Source of the DNA: a virus
Direction: 5' to 3' (one strand)
IMG/VR virus record: IMGVR_UViG_3300037524_002067
Location: 32,001 to 96,000 of that record
Length of the DNA stretch: 64,000 nucleotides
Position 1 is the first letter of the stretch; every line of letters starts with the position of its first letter. The position numbers and the translations under genes were made by a program. This document shows positions 29,498 to 40,005 of the stretch, piece by piece. Under the pieces are notes generated by a model, which saw nothing but the letters and a program-made list of their open reading frames with translations, was not told where the DNA came from and ran no database searches.

Positions 29498-29806
29498 TTA
29501 AGACAAGCCAACATGCGCCAATTCATCCATGCTTTTATACCTTGATTTATTTTGCCAGGTTGGTGCGTAAAAATCTTTTTTTCTTTGTAACATAGCATCT
29601 GGTATTAAATTTGGGTGTCCACCATTTATTAAGTGATAATAAAAACTCAATCTATGAACATCAAATGCACCAACGGTAAGATGATTTCTGTTGTCCATAT
29701 ACCATGTTTCATACAATTTTCTATTAGGAAATTTATAATGAAAAGAAACTTGATAGAAATATTTTTCTACCCATTGTTGAAAACCTATTGGATCATCTTT
29801 TTTCAT
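29498..29806 (-). CDS. hypothetical protein
   Basis: 102 aa ORF in operon. Confidence 0.55.
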   Translation of the reverse strand: MKKDDPIGFQQWVEKYFYQVSFHYKFPNRKLYETWYMDNRNHLTVGAFDVHRLSFYYHLINGGHPNLIPDAMLQRKKDFYAPTWQNKSRYKSMDELAHVGLS

Positions 29807-29808
29807 TT

Positions 29809-30693
29809 TTAAAGTGTTGGGAATAAACCATAAATTTCATCTACCAGAGACCTAAAAGCTTGCGACAAATGAATATCTGGTCTCCAAGCCAAACCTCTTT
29901 CCATTAGATCATATTCTCTTACGATGTTTGCTCCTGGGATTATATCACCATTACTTGCGCGTTGTCTACCCATAACCCAAATGGTATCTGATACAACACA
30001 AGTTGCAAAAATATCATGCGATACAATAATGATCGTATTCAACTCGTGCATATTAGCAACTTTAAGAATAAAATTAGAAACTTTTTTGATCATGACTGGA
30101 TCCAAACCAGAAAATGGTTCATCCATCAACAAAAAGTTGTTTGAACACAATATCTGTTGAGCGATTGCCACTCTTTGTTTTTGTCCACCAGATAATTGAG
30201 CTGGGTAAAAATTTTTTCTTTTATCCATGTCAAACTCTTTAAGAATGTGTGTGATTCGATCTTCTCTTTCAGTTTTGTTTTTAAACTTAATTGCTGCTGC
30301 AACTTGCAAATTACCATAAACTGTTCTGTGTTCAAACAGTGGATAAGACTGTTGAATCACTCCGACCCTTCCAAGTTTAACTGGTTCCTGTTCTTCGCCA
30401 ACAAGAATTTTTCCAAAGGCGTGTTCTTTGTTGTCAAGCGGCAATATACCAGAGAGCAATTCAAAAAATTTAGTTTTTCCAACGCCTGATGGTCCTAACA
30501 TACCAACAATTTGCCCTTGTGTCATGTCAGGTCTAACAATGTTTTTTATTTCAATGTTTACGTTTTTCAAAATGTTGGTTCCACCAACAGATTCAATTTC
30601 TCCAGTCTCTTTATTTTTTCTCATTGTGTTTCCAAGAGTGAGAGAAACATTTTCCACCTTTAATATGGTGCCTTCTTTTTTATAGCTATACAT
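29809..30693 (-). CDS. ABC transporter ATP-binding protein (NitT/TauT-like)
   Basis: GPSGVGKT, LSGGQKQRVAIA, LLMDEPFSGLD. Confidence 0.92.
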   Translation of the reverse strand: MYSYKKEGTILKVENVSLTLGNTMRKNKETGEIESVGGTNILKNVNIEIKNIVRPDMTQGQIVGMLGPSGVGKTKFFELLSGILPLDNKEHAFGKILVGEEQEPVKLGRVGVIQQSYPLFEHRTVYGNLQVAAAIKFKNKTEREDRITHILKEFDMDKRKNFYPAQLSGGQKQRVAIAQQILCSNNFLLMDEPFSGLDPVMIKKVSNFILKVANMHELNTIIIVSHDIFATCVVSDTIWVMGRQRASNGDIIPGANIVREYDLMERGLAWRPDIHLSQAFRSLVDEIYGLFPTL

Positions 30694-30695
30694 AA

Positions 30696-31514
30696 TTAAG
30701 ATTTTTTGGTTTGAAGGTTGCCGTATGGGAAAAATATATTGTACAATACCCCAAACATGTAATCAATTAAAATTCCAAAAATAAACAAACTCAATTGAGC
30801 GGCGAATAAACCATCTAATTTTAAATGTTTACTGGCGTTTAGCATCATTACTCCAATACCGCCTTCTGAGCGAACAAGACCCTCAACAAATGTAAGCATA
30901 GTCCAAACTATTGCAAAATTTGATTTTACAGCTATCCACATTTCATGTGCCTTACCAAGTATCACCCTTTCATAAAATATTCTCCACTCGAAACCAAATA
31001 TAGTTCCTGCGTGGTTATATTCAACTTTCGTGACACTGTTAACAACATTAACCATAGAATTTACAATAAAAGATGTCATACCAAAAACCAATAGCTTTAC
31101 TTTGAGGTCATGACCAGTGGTTGACATTAATGTAAAAATAAAAGAAAGTCCTATCATTGGAAGAAATCTTGTTTTTTCAGCAACAAAAGAAAATGATTTG
31201 AAAAAATTAAGACTACTGGCATAAGCCAAAATTAAAGAAATTAATACAGATATCCCAAGAGCTTTAAAACATAATGCTGCGCTAATAAAAAGGTCTTGCA
31301 TAAGACCTTGTGTTCTAACCATCTCAACCCAAGCAGAAAGAATTTCGCCTGGTCTTGGAATAATAGGTGTAGATATATAAATCCAATACCAACAAACAAT
31401 TAATAATTGAGAAACAACCATCATTGTCATAGCACTCTTACTAATTGCTCTGTAAGGTGTAAACATGTTTATAAAAGTTTGAGTGATGTTATTTTTTTGT
31501 GCTAAAGATTCCAT
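30696..31514 (-). CDS. ABC transporter permease (NitT/TauT-like)
   Basis: multiple TM segments, E..VRSEGGIG motif. Confidence 0.85.
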   Translation of the reverse strand: MESLAQKNNITQTFINMFTPYRAISKSAMTMMVVSQLLIVCWYWIYISTPIIPRPGEILSAWVEMVRTQGLMQDLFISAALCFKALGISVLISLILAYASSLNFFKSFSFVAEKTRFLPMIGLSFIFTLMSTTGHDLKVKLLVFGMTSFIVNSMVNVVNSVTKVEYNHAGTIFGFEWRIFYERVILGKAHEMWIAVKSNFAIVWTMLTFVEGLVRSEGGIGVMMLNASKHLKLDGLFAAQLSLFIFGILIDYMFGVLYNIFFPYGNLQTKKS

Positions 31515-31616
31515 TATTTTTTTGTGTTATATAATTTATACGCATTACAATATAAAAGGTTACAAATAAAAAAGGAGAGATAATATTACCTCTCCTTTTA
31601 AAAAATTATATACCCA

Positions 31617-33428
31617 TCATTTTACCATAAGGATCTCAACCCTACGGTTTTTTGCTTTTCCAGCACTTGTGTTGTTATCAGCTATAGGTTCACTTGGACC
31701 TTTACCAACAACTTGAACGAAGCGGTTATTTGGATAATTTTCGTATGATTTATTTTGCAACCATTTTTTTACAGCATCAGCTCTAGCTTGAGAAAGCTCT
31801 CTATTTACGTCAGCACTTCCAGTGTTATCTGTGTGGCCAAAAATTTCTACTTGTAAACCACTTGCAATATTCAACTCATCGAACAATTGATTTAGTGTTT
31901 GTTCAGCCGCAGGAGTAAAGTTTGCGCTGCCAGTTTCAAATTCAATTTTCCACACACGCTTAGCGATTGTTTCTTTGTTCTCGCTGGTATTCGAGTACTC
32001 AATTTTATCAGCAGAAGTTATGTTTGTAGCTCTATTTCTAGCGCCTTGCAAATAACTCAAATCGAGAACCTCTGAAATATCAGGATATGTTGCAACATAT
32101 TCAGGGTAAAGACTGCTCACTACATCGCCAAACTTTTTATAGACTGAAGCGTACACATTTGTTTTGCTTTGACCAATACCAAACAACTCAAGGTTGTCAG
32201 AGAGGTTATGAACACGAGACCCACCAAGCTCAACAATGTTGTTGTTCGAATTATCAATTTGTTTAGCGCCTTTGTAATATTTTACCCAATAGTTGGCATC
32301 GCCTTCGTTGTATACTTTAGCACTAAGCTCACCAGCTTTGTTAAGCGCTTCAGGGTAAGTTTTTACCTGATCACCTGCGGCAGAAACAGCAAGAATAAAA
32401 TTCTCTACAGTTTTGCGATTGTCTTGCAACCATTTTTTTACACCAATTACCACATTTGGCATTTGTGAACGATATTCAGCAGTAGATACAATGCGTACAA
32501 GACCACCTTTTTTCTCAACAACATTAACGTCACCAGGAGTCCATGTAGTAGTACAATCTACAGTAATACGCTTCTTATCTCCTGTTTTTACAGTCTTTCC
32601 AGTTTGTGGATCTACTTTTACAACAGGTCTTTCTTCGGAATAACCAGTGATATATTTCTCAGCAGCTTCCAAAAAACCTGAACAACCAACAAAATTCATT
32701 GCATCAGGATTGTAAGTTTTTTCGTCAGTGTTCACAGGAATTCCGTTGTCACCACACCATTTAATTACAATGTTCCAATCACCATCGCGTAAAACCGCTG
32801 AGCAAACTGCGCCTCTAGCTTTTTGTGGGTTGGCTTTAATTTCGGGGGAAGCCATAAACGCATCTTCACCTTGAGATTTACCGCAAGAGAAAACAATTTG
32901 CGCAACATAATCATCACCCAACTTCTTCAACTCATTATTAATGCCAGCGAGTAAAGCGGGAGCGCCATCACCCATGATAGCAAAAAGATTAGTGCCCACT
33001 GCTGTAGCTGGATTGTTTTTATAATCATTGGCAAACTTAATCAAATTTTGCCCCATTTGATTACAATCATCTTGACGATTTATTGTAAGGTTTACACCAT
33101 TAAGAGCCATTAAACTGCCCTCTGTGGTGTTTGGACCACCATTAGAATAAATTAACCCCATTTGAGAATTCCAAGCCATTATATCCATGTTAATTTTTGG
33201 TGAATTAACAGTGGCAATCTGGTCGGATGGAAGTGGAATAAATTTAACCGCTCCACCAGCGATATCTTTTGGCGCATCAGGAAGTACTACTGAAGCCACC
33301 TGCACCGTTTGTTTTAGTTCTTTCGGGAAGAACAACTCTGTGTTCACAACTAAGTGGAATAAGCCAACTACTACAGCTACAACCACTCCAATTAAGATAA
33401 GTTTGAACGATTTTTTTACTTGTGCCAT
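31617..33428 (-). CDS. ABC substrate-binding protein fused to OmpA-like peptidoglycan-binding domain
   Basis: C-terminal FETGSA...GHTDNTG...LSQARADAV...NRRVEI. Confidence 0.85.
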   Translation of the reverse strand: MAQVKKSFKLILIGVVVAVVVGLFHLVVNTELFFPKELKQTVQVASVVLPDAPKDIAGGAVKFIPLPSDQIATVNSPKINMDIMAWNSQMGLIYSNGGPNTTEGSLMALNGVNLTINRQDDCNQMGQNLIKFANDYKNNPATAVGTNLFAIMGDGAPALLAGINNELKKLGDDYVAQIVFSCGKSQGEDAFMASPEIKANPQKARGAVCSAVLRDGDWNIVIKWCGDNGIPVNTDEKTYNPDAMNFVGCSGFLEAAEKYITGYSEERPVVKVDPQTGKTVKTGDKKRITVDCTTTWTPGDVNVVEKKGGLVRIVSTAEYRSQMPNVVIGVKKWLQDNRKTVENFILAVSAAGDQVKTYPEALNKAGELSAKVYNEGDANYWVKYYKGAKQIDNSNNNIVELGGSRVHNLSDNLELFGIGQSKTNVYASVYKKFGDVVSSLYPEYVATYPDISEVLDLSYLQGARNRATNITSADKIEYSNTSENKETIAKRVWKIEFETGSANFTPAAEQTLNQLFDELNIASGLQVEIFGHTDNTGSADVNRELSQARADAVKKWLQNKSYENYPNNRFVQVVGKGPSEPIADNNTSAGKAKNRRVEILMVK

Positions 33429-33491
33429 TTTTCTTTTTTTTATTTGTTTGTTTTTATTTGTTTATACGCATTGAAGATAAAAAAGTTGCAG

Positions 33492-34532
33492 CTATTTTGT
33501 GAAATACTTGCTTGTTTTTTTATCAACATTTTTTACAGCCTCAACTTTATCTGCTTGGACTGAGCCAGCTAATTTGTCAAGGTTTGCATAAACACTACCA
33601 GTGTTTAAACTTTTTTGATTAGAAGAATCTCCAAAAATTGTATCAAGGCCTTTTCTGTCAAATTCTTCAAGCATCTTCATGCCTCTTTCTTCAAATATTG
33701 CATTGTCAAGATCAACACTGTTGATAAAGTCGGTAGATGCCTCAAGCATTCTTTCCATCTCTCCAACCTTAAAGGCGTTATCGTCCACTACATATTGCAT
33801 AGCTTGATCAAAAAGAGCCTTTTTATCTCCATCGCCTCTAATAATATCCATAGCGGCGCTCATAGCTGAATAACCTTTAGTGATAGATTCACGTTCATCT
33901 TTTTTAATTTCAACTATGTTTTTTGTTCTTTCAATCATAATTCCAGAATAGTATTTCATCTTTTTCAAAACTTCATACAAAACGGTGATTTTATTATGCA
34001 ACACCTCAAGCTTCTTAATGTATTCCATAGAACTTTCAGCGTTTTGAGCATAAAGCCTAACTTCAACCTCTGGTTTTCCAAGTTTTCTAGCGGTACTGGC
34101 TCTCTCAAGATCTCTCTGATATCTTTCTTTTCTCTCGTCAATTTTAGAAGACAACTTAGATAATTGACCTTTAAGAGCGGTTATTTGCACTTCTACCTTG
34201 CCTTGTTTTTTATTTAAATCTTCAATATGGCCTTCTAATATAGCAATTGGATTTAACTCAACAGCAATGCTTGCAAAACCACGACAAAGAGCTTGAAACA
34301 TGTATGAAATTGTAGCTTGCACTTTTCCATTGGTAATAAACGCAATAAGAAAAAACAAAACTGCTCCAGCAATTATTAAATTGACAGTGTTCCAGGCAAT
34401 TGTAGTTAGTATTGGAAAAAGCTTATAAGCCGCCCATCCAAAAAAACCAATTAATATTGGCATAACCACCCATTTTCCAGCTTTTCCTTCTGGCCTTTGC
34501 CAAAAGGTTTTTACTTTCGTTTCTATAGACAT
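33492..34532 (-). CDS. membrane-anchored coiled-coil protein (PspA-like)
   Basis: two N-terminal TM segments and long heptad region. Confidence 0.6.
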   Translation of the reverse strand: MSIETKVKTFWQRPEGKAGKWVVMPILIGFFGWAAYKLFPILTTIAWNTVNLIIAGAVLFFLIAFITNGKVQATISYMFQALCRGFASIAVELNPIAILEGHIEDLNKKQGKVEVQITALKGQLSKLSSKIDERKERYQRDLERASTARKLGKPEVEVRLYAQNAESSMEYIKKLEVLHNKITVLYEVLKKMKYYSGIMIERTKNIVEIKKDERESITKGYSAMSAAMDIIRGDGDKKALFDQAMQYVVDDNAFKVGEMERMLEASTDFINSVDLDNAIFEERGMKMLEEFDRKGLDTIFGDSSNQKSLNTGSVYANLDKLAGSVQADKVEAVKNVDKKTSKYFTK

Positions 34533-34544
34533 TGTTTTGTTTTT

Positions 34545-35249
34545 TTAGTTAATGAAATTTTTGATGTTTTCTTTGTCTTGCAAAATTTGAGATTTAACAA
34601 CTTCAATAGTGATATTAAAATTGTTTTCTGTCGCTTTAATGTTTTGTTCTGCTAAAGCTGCTGCTGAGTTTAACTCAGAAATTTCCAAATTAAGTTCGTT
34701 AATTTGATTTTGGAGTTTTAGAATCTCTGCAGTCTTTTGCTCAACTTCTTTGATTCTGTTAGTGACTTCATTTTCAATCTCAATTCGCATCTCTTCTTCA
34801 AAATGAAGTTTTTGAGAATCAAGCTCTTTAATGTAAAAGTCTGCAGTTGTAAGAAGGTGATCTTTTGTGATATCACTATTTGCTTTTAATGAAGCAAAAG
34901 CAGATTGATATTTTAACGGCTCATTCATCCCAGGAATATTGTCCATGTTTTTCTTAGCTTTAGAAAATTCAAGATAATCAATTCCTTCCAAATTTTTTTC
35001 TTCCATGTGTTGAATAAATCCAGAAAAAAGTTTTTCATCAAACTGACCTTTTGAAAAAGGTGGAATTTTTTGATCTGAATACACAAACTTTGAAGGGGTG
35101 TGCGTGGCGCTTTGAGCTGTTGAACTAGTTGTTGTTTCACTCGAAGGATTATTTACAACCTCTTCTTCTAAAGCGATTGATTTAACTCTGTCCCAAAAAC
35201 TTTTTTTATTTGTTGTTTTAAGGGTAGCTTCTGTTTTTTTATCTGACAT
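34545..35249 (-). CDS. coiled-coil protein of the ABC/OmpA module
   Basis: 234 aa, first gene after a TGCAAC/CGTATAA promoter. Confidence 0.6.
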   Translation of the reverse strand: MSDKKTEATLKTTNKKSFWDRVKSIALEEEVVNNPSSETTTSSTAQSATHTPSKFVYSDQKIPPFSKGQFDEKLFSGFIQHMEEKNLEGIDYLEFSKAKKNMDNIPGMNEPLKYQSAFASLKANSDITKDHLLTTADFYIKELDSQKLHFEEEMRIEIENEVTNRIKEVEQKTAEILKLQNQINELNLEISELNSAAALAEQNIKATENNFNITIEVVKSQILQDKENIKNFIN

Positions 35250-35326
35250 GTTTTTATAGTTTAGTGTAAGTTATACGAGCAAAAATAAGAAAAGTTGCAG
35301 AATCCTGCAACTTTTTTTAAAAATAA

Positions 35327-35767
35327 TTATTCCCCCCCAAAGATTTCAATTTTTTTAGAAAGAATCACCTTGCAAGTGTCATTTTCTCTAACAAACTTCA
35401 TTGTTTTAAACTTGCCTGTGGCAAATTCATTTGTGGAAAATTTTAATAATGAACCAGCCTCATCAATTGATGTCAGTTTCAAAGTGTAATTGTAATCATA
35501 CTTTTTAAAACTGGATAAAATAGCGTCTTTTCCATATCTTATAATAGACTCATTGGCCACAAATTTCATTGCCATGTCATAATTTTGAGTCTTTAACATA
35601 GATAAGAAAAATGTTCCAAAATCAGAACCTGCCATAATAGCTGGATTTGAATATTCTGCCATAGCTTTTGTGGTAATTTGTGGAGTGGAAACAACATTAC
35701 TTGTTTTTTTGGTATCACAAGAGAATGCCAACAAAAGTAAAATTAAAGATAAGGTTATTTTTTTCAT
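35327..35767 (-). CDS. putative lipoprotein
   Basis: LAFSC lipobox. Confidence 0.65.
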   Translation of the reverse strand: MKKITLSLILLLLAFSCDTKKTSNVVSTPQITTKAMAEYSNPAIMAGSDFGTFFLSMLKTQNYDMAMKFVANESIIRYGKDAILSSFKKYDYNYTLKLTSIDEAGSLLKFSTNEFATGKFKTMKFVRENDTCKVILSKKIEIFGGE

Positions 35768-35821
35768 TTATCGTATTTTATGCAGTTATACGACACACAG
35801 CGCAAAAAGGTTACAAAAAAA

Positions 35822-36487
35822 TCAACTTTTCACTATGGCGTGTTCAGACCAGAAAGTGACTGATTTTGCATATGCCTCTCTATCAATAGGAACACCAGAC
35901 CCACCTTCTGACATGCCAAGAGCATTTCTAAGCATGGTTGCTGGCGGCATGGGCTCTTCATTAGGGTGAGATTGTCCCAAAATAGCCACAACACCCCAAT
36001 CAGCTTCAAATGGTGGATCTACATGTTCTGGAATAATAGCTGTAGATTCACTTTCTTTGTCAATTTGCTCTTTTGAATAAACGACAACAATAAGCCACTC
36101 CGCCACAGGCGCAGCCAAAGGTAGTTCAAACCAACGCGAAAACACAGGGAGTTCATTTGGGGTTCTTGCAGAATAACCAGATCGCAAATATTGATAATTG
36201 GCCATGTCAATTTTCATGGTGCCAACCCTGGCGTTTGTAAAATTCGGAATAGCAATAAGCTTACAGAATGGCGCATAACCATTCATTATTTGTACGTTTG
36301 CTTGATCTTGTTCAATCACGTCATCATATGCCTCTATATATTCACCCATTTTTTCTTCAAACTCCTCTGGAGTTACATCGGTAATCTTGGTTCCTGAAAA
36401 TTTTTTGTCGAAATGACGAAGGCTGAACGGGGTAAGTTTTATTTTTCCAAACATGCAATATAATTTTATACAATGGTTATACGCCAA
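35822..36487 (-). CDS. DUF3228 family protein
   Basis: GYAPFCK, LRSGYSART..ELPV..RWF, RNALG..EGGSGVP.DR; true start is probably 36454. Confidence 0.8.
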   Translation of the reverse strand: MAYNHCIKLYCMFGKIKLTPFSLRHFDKKFSGTKITDVTPEEFEEKMGEYIEAYDDVIEQDQANVQIMNGYAPFCKLIAIPNFTNARVGTMKIDMANYQYLRSGYSARTPNELPVFSRWFELPLAAPVAEWLIVVVYSKEQIDKESESTAIIPEHVDPPFEADWGVVAILGQSHPNEEPMPPATMLRNALGMSEGGSGVPIDREAYAKSVTFWSEHAIVKS

Positions 36488-36517
36488 AGTTATAAAATAG
36501 TTGCGTGAATTTCGTGT

Positions 36518-36844
36518 TTATTTTACCACGTAAACATATTTCCCATTTTCAAGCTGGGTTAAATGTTGAGGAGCGCGGTATAAGTTTGGCCCTGAATGAG
36601 TTGTAGCTGACACATAAAAGGTCAATATTTCTCCATCTGTCTTTTGAACTTTGCAGGCCCACCCACCATTTTTTGTCCTCTGAGCATCTTCAACTGCTTT
36701 TAGCTCATAGTTTTCATTATATCTTGAAATGCACTCATAAAACACATCTCCTTTTTTTAAACTTTTTAATTCCAAATAATAATCCGAAAAATTCTCTCCG
36801 AAGTTAAATAGCTCTGGAGAAAACATTTTTGTTGCTTGTTTCAT
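36518..36844 (-). CDS. hypothetical protein
   Basis: 108 aa ORF. Confidence 0.55.
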   Translation of the reverse strand: MKQATKMFSPELFNFGENFSDYYLELKSLKKGDVFYECISRYNENYELKAVEDAQRTKNGGWACKVQKTDGEILTFYVSATTHSGPNLYRAPQHLTQLENGKYVYVVK

Positions 36845-37086
36845 ACTTGTTATATTTTTAAAGAACTTTGTTGTCCTTTATAAATATTATCAAGTTTACA
36901 AAAACCCTGTCAACATTGACAAAAGTAGCATTTTTATTAAAAAATTTTAGTTTTGATAATCAGCATTTTACACTTCAACACTTAAAGAAAATAATTGTTC
37001 TAAATACACCCAAAGATCATGACGCTATAATAAGTCAATTTAAGAAATTCATATGGTAAATAAAAAAATTAATACTATTTATTTAT

Positions 37087-37827
37087 ATGAATTATAAAAA
37101 ACACTATGACTTATTAATTAATAGCAGAAAAGATAGATTGCTAGAAAAAAACATGTATTACGAAAAACACCATATTGTTCCAAAAAGTATGGGTGGTACA
37201 AATAAGAAAGAAAACACATTTTTTTTAACAGCAAAAGAACATTTTATAGCACACCTTCTTTTGTGGAAAATTCACAACAACAAACAAATGGCTTTTGCTT
37301 ATTATGCTTTAGCCTATATGGGTAGAGGATATAAAATAAAATCAAGCAAAACATATGAAGATTGCAAACTAGCAAGAAGAAGCTATATTGTAGAAAATAA
37401 TAAAAAATTTCACACTGGAAAAAAACTTTCAAAAAAACTAAAATCAGATATATCAAAAAGATTTAAAAATATGATCAGAACAAAAGAGCATTGTAATAAT
37501 ATTTCAAAATCTCTAAAAGGAAAACCAAAAACAGAAACACACAAAAAAAAACTATCTAAATCGCTAAAAAAATTTGATTGGAGTAGTCATTTTGAAAGGA
37601 ACTTAAAAATATCCAAAGCAAATTCTGGAAAAAACAACCCCAGAGCTAAAGAGGTATATATGTTTGATAAAGACAAAAAACTAATTAAAGCTTTTAACAC
37701 AATGAAAGATGCTTTGGAATATGTATCAAAAAAAAACACAATATCTAAAACCACCTTCTATAGAAGAATTGTTAAAAATAAAATGGTTAATAATTTTTAT
37801 TTTTCTTTTGAACTAAGGGTAAAATAG
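37087..37827 (+). CDS. HNH homing endonuclease with NUMOD3-like repeats
   Basis: YEKHHIVPKSMGG...LTAKEHFIAHLLL; repeated EHxxKxSKSLKG. Confidence 0.85.
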   Translation: MNYKKHYDLLINSRKDRLLEKNMYYEKHHIVPKSMGGTNKKENTFFLTAKEHFIAHLLLWKIHNNKQMAFAYYALAYMGRGYKIKSSKTYEDCKLARRSYIVENNKKFHTGKKLSKKLKSDISKRFKNMIRTKEHCNNISKSLKGKPKTETHKKKLSKSLKKFDWSSHFERNLKISKANSGKNNPRAKEVYMFDKDKKLIKAFNTMKDALEYVSKKNTISKTTFYRRIVKNKMVNNFYFSFELRVK

Positions 37828-37852
37828 GTGCTTTTGTGTTTTTTGATAAAAA

Positions 37853-38458
37853 TTACTTTTCGTGAATAGCTTCATACAACTGAATTTGTTTGAACAGACT
37901 ATATTTAATGTTTTCATAAATAGACTCTTGTTCTGGAAAAAGTTTTCGAGCCATTTTTAACATCACAACGGTTTTTTCTTTGGATTCCTTAATATATTCC
38001 TTTTGCTTCTCTAATTTCATACCTTTAAGCATGGTGGAAATATTATGATCTCTATCAAGACCTTTACACACAGATACAACATGACACATACCCATTTCTT
38101 TATAGTAAATTTCGTCTGGCACTCTAACTCCTTCTCTTACTTTGCTTATTTTCCAAACATAACCCGCAACAGTCTTACCAAACATCTCTTCAATCGTTTG
38201 AATTGTTACACCTTTGTCTTCTACAATATCATGCAAGAAAATAACTACAAATGTATCTTCTGGAGAAATCAGTTGATCACATATTGTCCTACAATAAAGA
38301 GCCTGTGTCACCTGATGTGAAAACTCATGTTGACCATCCTTTCGAAGGCCGCTATGAAGTTGCTCAGCAAAATTCATAGCTTTTACGGCTCTGTAAAAAC
38401 ATTTTCCAATAAGCCAATACCTAATGGCAATTTTATTTTTTTCGTAATTTGGTCTCAT
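37853..38458 (-). CDS. SpoT/Mesh1-like HD hydrolase (small alarmone hydrolase)
   Basis: FAEQLHSGLRKDG...H...LHDIVED...K..DR.HN. Confidence 0.75.
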   Translation of the reverse strand: MRPNYEKNKIAIRYWLIGKCFYRAVKAMNFAEQLHSGLRKDGQHEFSHQVTQALYCRTICDQLISPEDTFVVIFLHDIVEDKGVTIQTIEEMFGKTVAGYVWKISKVREGVRVPDEIYYKEMGMCHVVSVCKGLDRDHNISTMLKGMKLEKQKEYIKESKEKTVVMLKMARKLFPEQESIYENIKYSLFKQIQLYEAIHEK

Positions 38459-38494
38459 ATCTATTATACGAAGATACGAAAAAAAAGTTTCAAA

Positions 38495-38956
38495 TTATTT
38501 TAAAATTGTATCTCCTGGACCAACCTCTCTTATAACACCTTTGACAATCACTTTGTCAATAGGTGTCCAATCAATAATATTTTTGCTGTCCGCAGGAACC
38601 CCTCCATTTTTGTTAAAAGCCAATGTAATATGCGGCATTTCATTTTTAGAATAATACCCAAAAGTTCCAAGAGCAATAGCTTTTTCAGAAACTCCAATTG
38701 AAACAATGGTAAGTTCCACTTCTTTGTTTAGATCACCTCTTAGTTGCAAAGATTGTGGTATATCCCCAAGCGAAATTGTCATATGATAATTTGCAGGCTT
38801 ATTCCAACCCTCTTTTGGAACATATTCATTGACTAACTGTTCTATTTTTTGAACTTCTATAGAATCCTCAATCACCACAGCGGTATAAACCACACGTGGC
38901 TCATATTCTTCTTTAAGTGTTTTCCTTATAAATTTTCTCAATTCCATTAATCGCAC
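38495..38956 (-). CDS. 2H phosphoesterase
   Basis: two HxT motifs (YHMTI, PHITL). Confidence 0.8.
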   Translation of the reverse strand: MRLMELRKFIRKTLKEEYEPRVVYTAVVIEDSIEVQKIEQLVNEYVPKEGWNKPANYHMTISLGDIPQSLQLRGDLNKEVELTIVSIGVSEKAIALGTFGYYSKNEMPHITLAFNKNGGVPADSKNIIDWTPIDKVIVKGVIREVGPGDTILK

Positions 38957-40005
38957 ATTGCCTTTGCCGCATTAAACGCTGCTTGTCTTTTTTCATCAGT
39001 AAATGCCATATCAATCTTCTTTTTATTTACAACCTTTTTGCCATCGGTTGTTTGATTGTTCTCTATTACAATTACCAAATTACCTTTTTTATTTGTAAAC
39101 TGTGTTTCTATAATAAAGTTTGTTTCAAAGTTAGCGTTAAAATCTTTTAATAACTCTTCCAATTGCAAAGTTTCTTTTAATTTTCTTCCACTCGCAAAAT
39201 CCAGAAACCCATCGGTGATCTTTTCTTCTGAATTCATTTCAACAACAATTGCTTTCTTTCTTTTTTCTACAAATGAATGTTCCATCACCTTCGTTTCGTG
39301 TATTTTAAACTTTTCTGATCCCTCTATAAAATACATGACCCATTCATACATAAACTCTGGGAGATCTCTTTCGTGCACTCTATTTATTGTGCTGCCATCA
39401 TTAAAATTGAGTTCGCCCAAAGATTTTCCTCTAAATTTAGGATCTTGATTCATCGTCGCAGTTTTATCTGATCTTTTAGGAAGAGTTGAAGTGTTGCCAA
39501 GACCAATCTCAATAGCTGTTGGACCTTTATGACCAACATCAAATTTTGATCCTTTTATAACGTCTTGTTTATGATAAGAGTTGATATTTTTATCGGCATA
39601 TGTGTTTTGTATTGATTTTATATTGGTAAGTGGTATGCCAGTAAACTTTGAGGCGTACTTATAATCTTCCTCCCTTAAATTTTCACTTGGTATTGAAATG
39701 AATTCATCAAGAAAAGATTTTTGATAATCATTCAACTTCCACTTTAAATTATCGAACTTCTTTGGAACACCTTTAATAGCAATGTTTCCTGGCACACTAG
39801 CGGCTTCACTAACAATATCTGGGACAGAAACTGCAGCATCCATATAAAACATAGATCCCATAGGTCTTCTAATTGGCGCAACGGCCACTGGTGAAAACTT
39901 TTTCTTCTTTTTTATTTTTCTTGCCTCAAAAGCTAGAATTTCAAAAATAGCGTCTATTGTTTTTTTCTTATCCATTTTTTCTTTTTTCTGCATGTTTATG
40001 AGCAT
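38947..40005 (-). CDS. hypothetical protein
   Basis: 352 aa ORF. Confidence 0.6.
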   Translation of the reverse strand: MLINMQKKEKMDKKKTIDAIFEILAFEARKIKKKKKFSPVAVAPIRRPMGSMFYMDAAVSVPDIVSEAASVPGNIAIKGVPKKFDNLKWKLNDYQKSFLDEFISIPSENLREEDYKYASKFTGIPLTNIKSIQNTYADKNINSYHKQDVIKGSKFDVGHKGPTAIEIGLGNTSTLPKRSDKTATMNQDPKFRGKSLGELNFNDGSTINRVHERDLPEFMYEWVMYFIEGSEKFKIHETKVMEHSFVEKRKKAIVVEMNSEEKITDGFLDFASGRKLKETLQLEELLKDFNANFETNFIIETQFTNKKGNLVIVIENNQTTDGKKVVNKKKIDMAFTDEKRQAAFNAAKAMCD

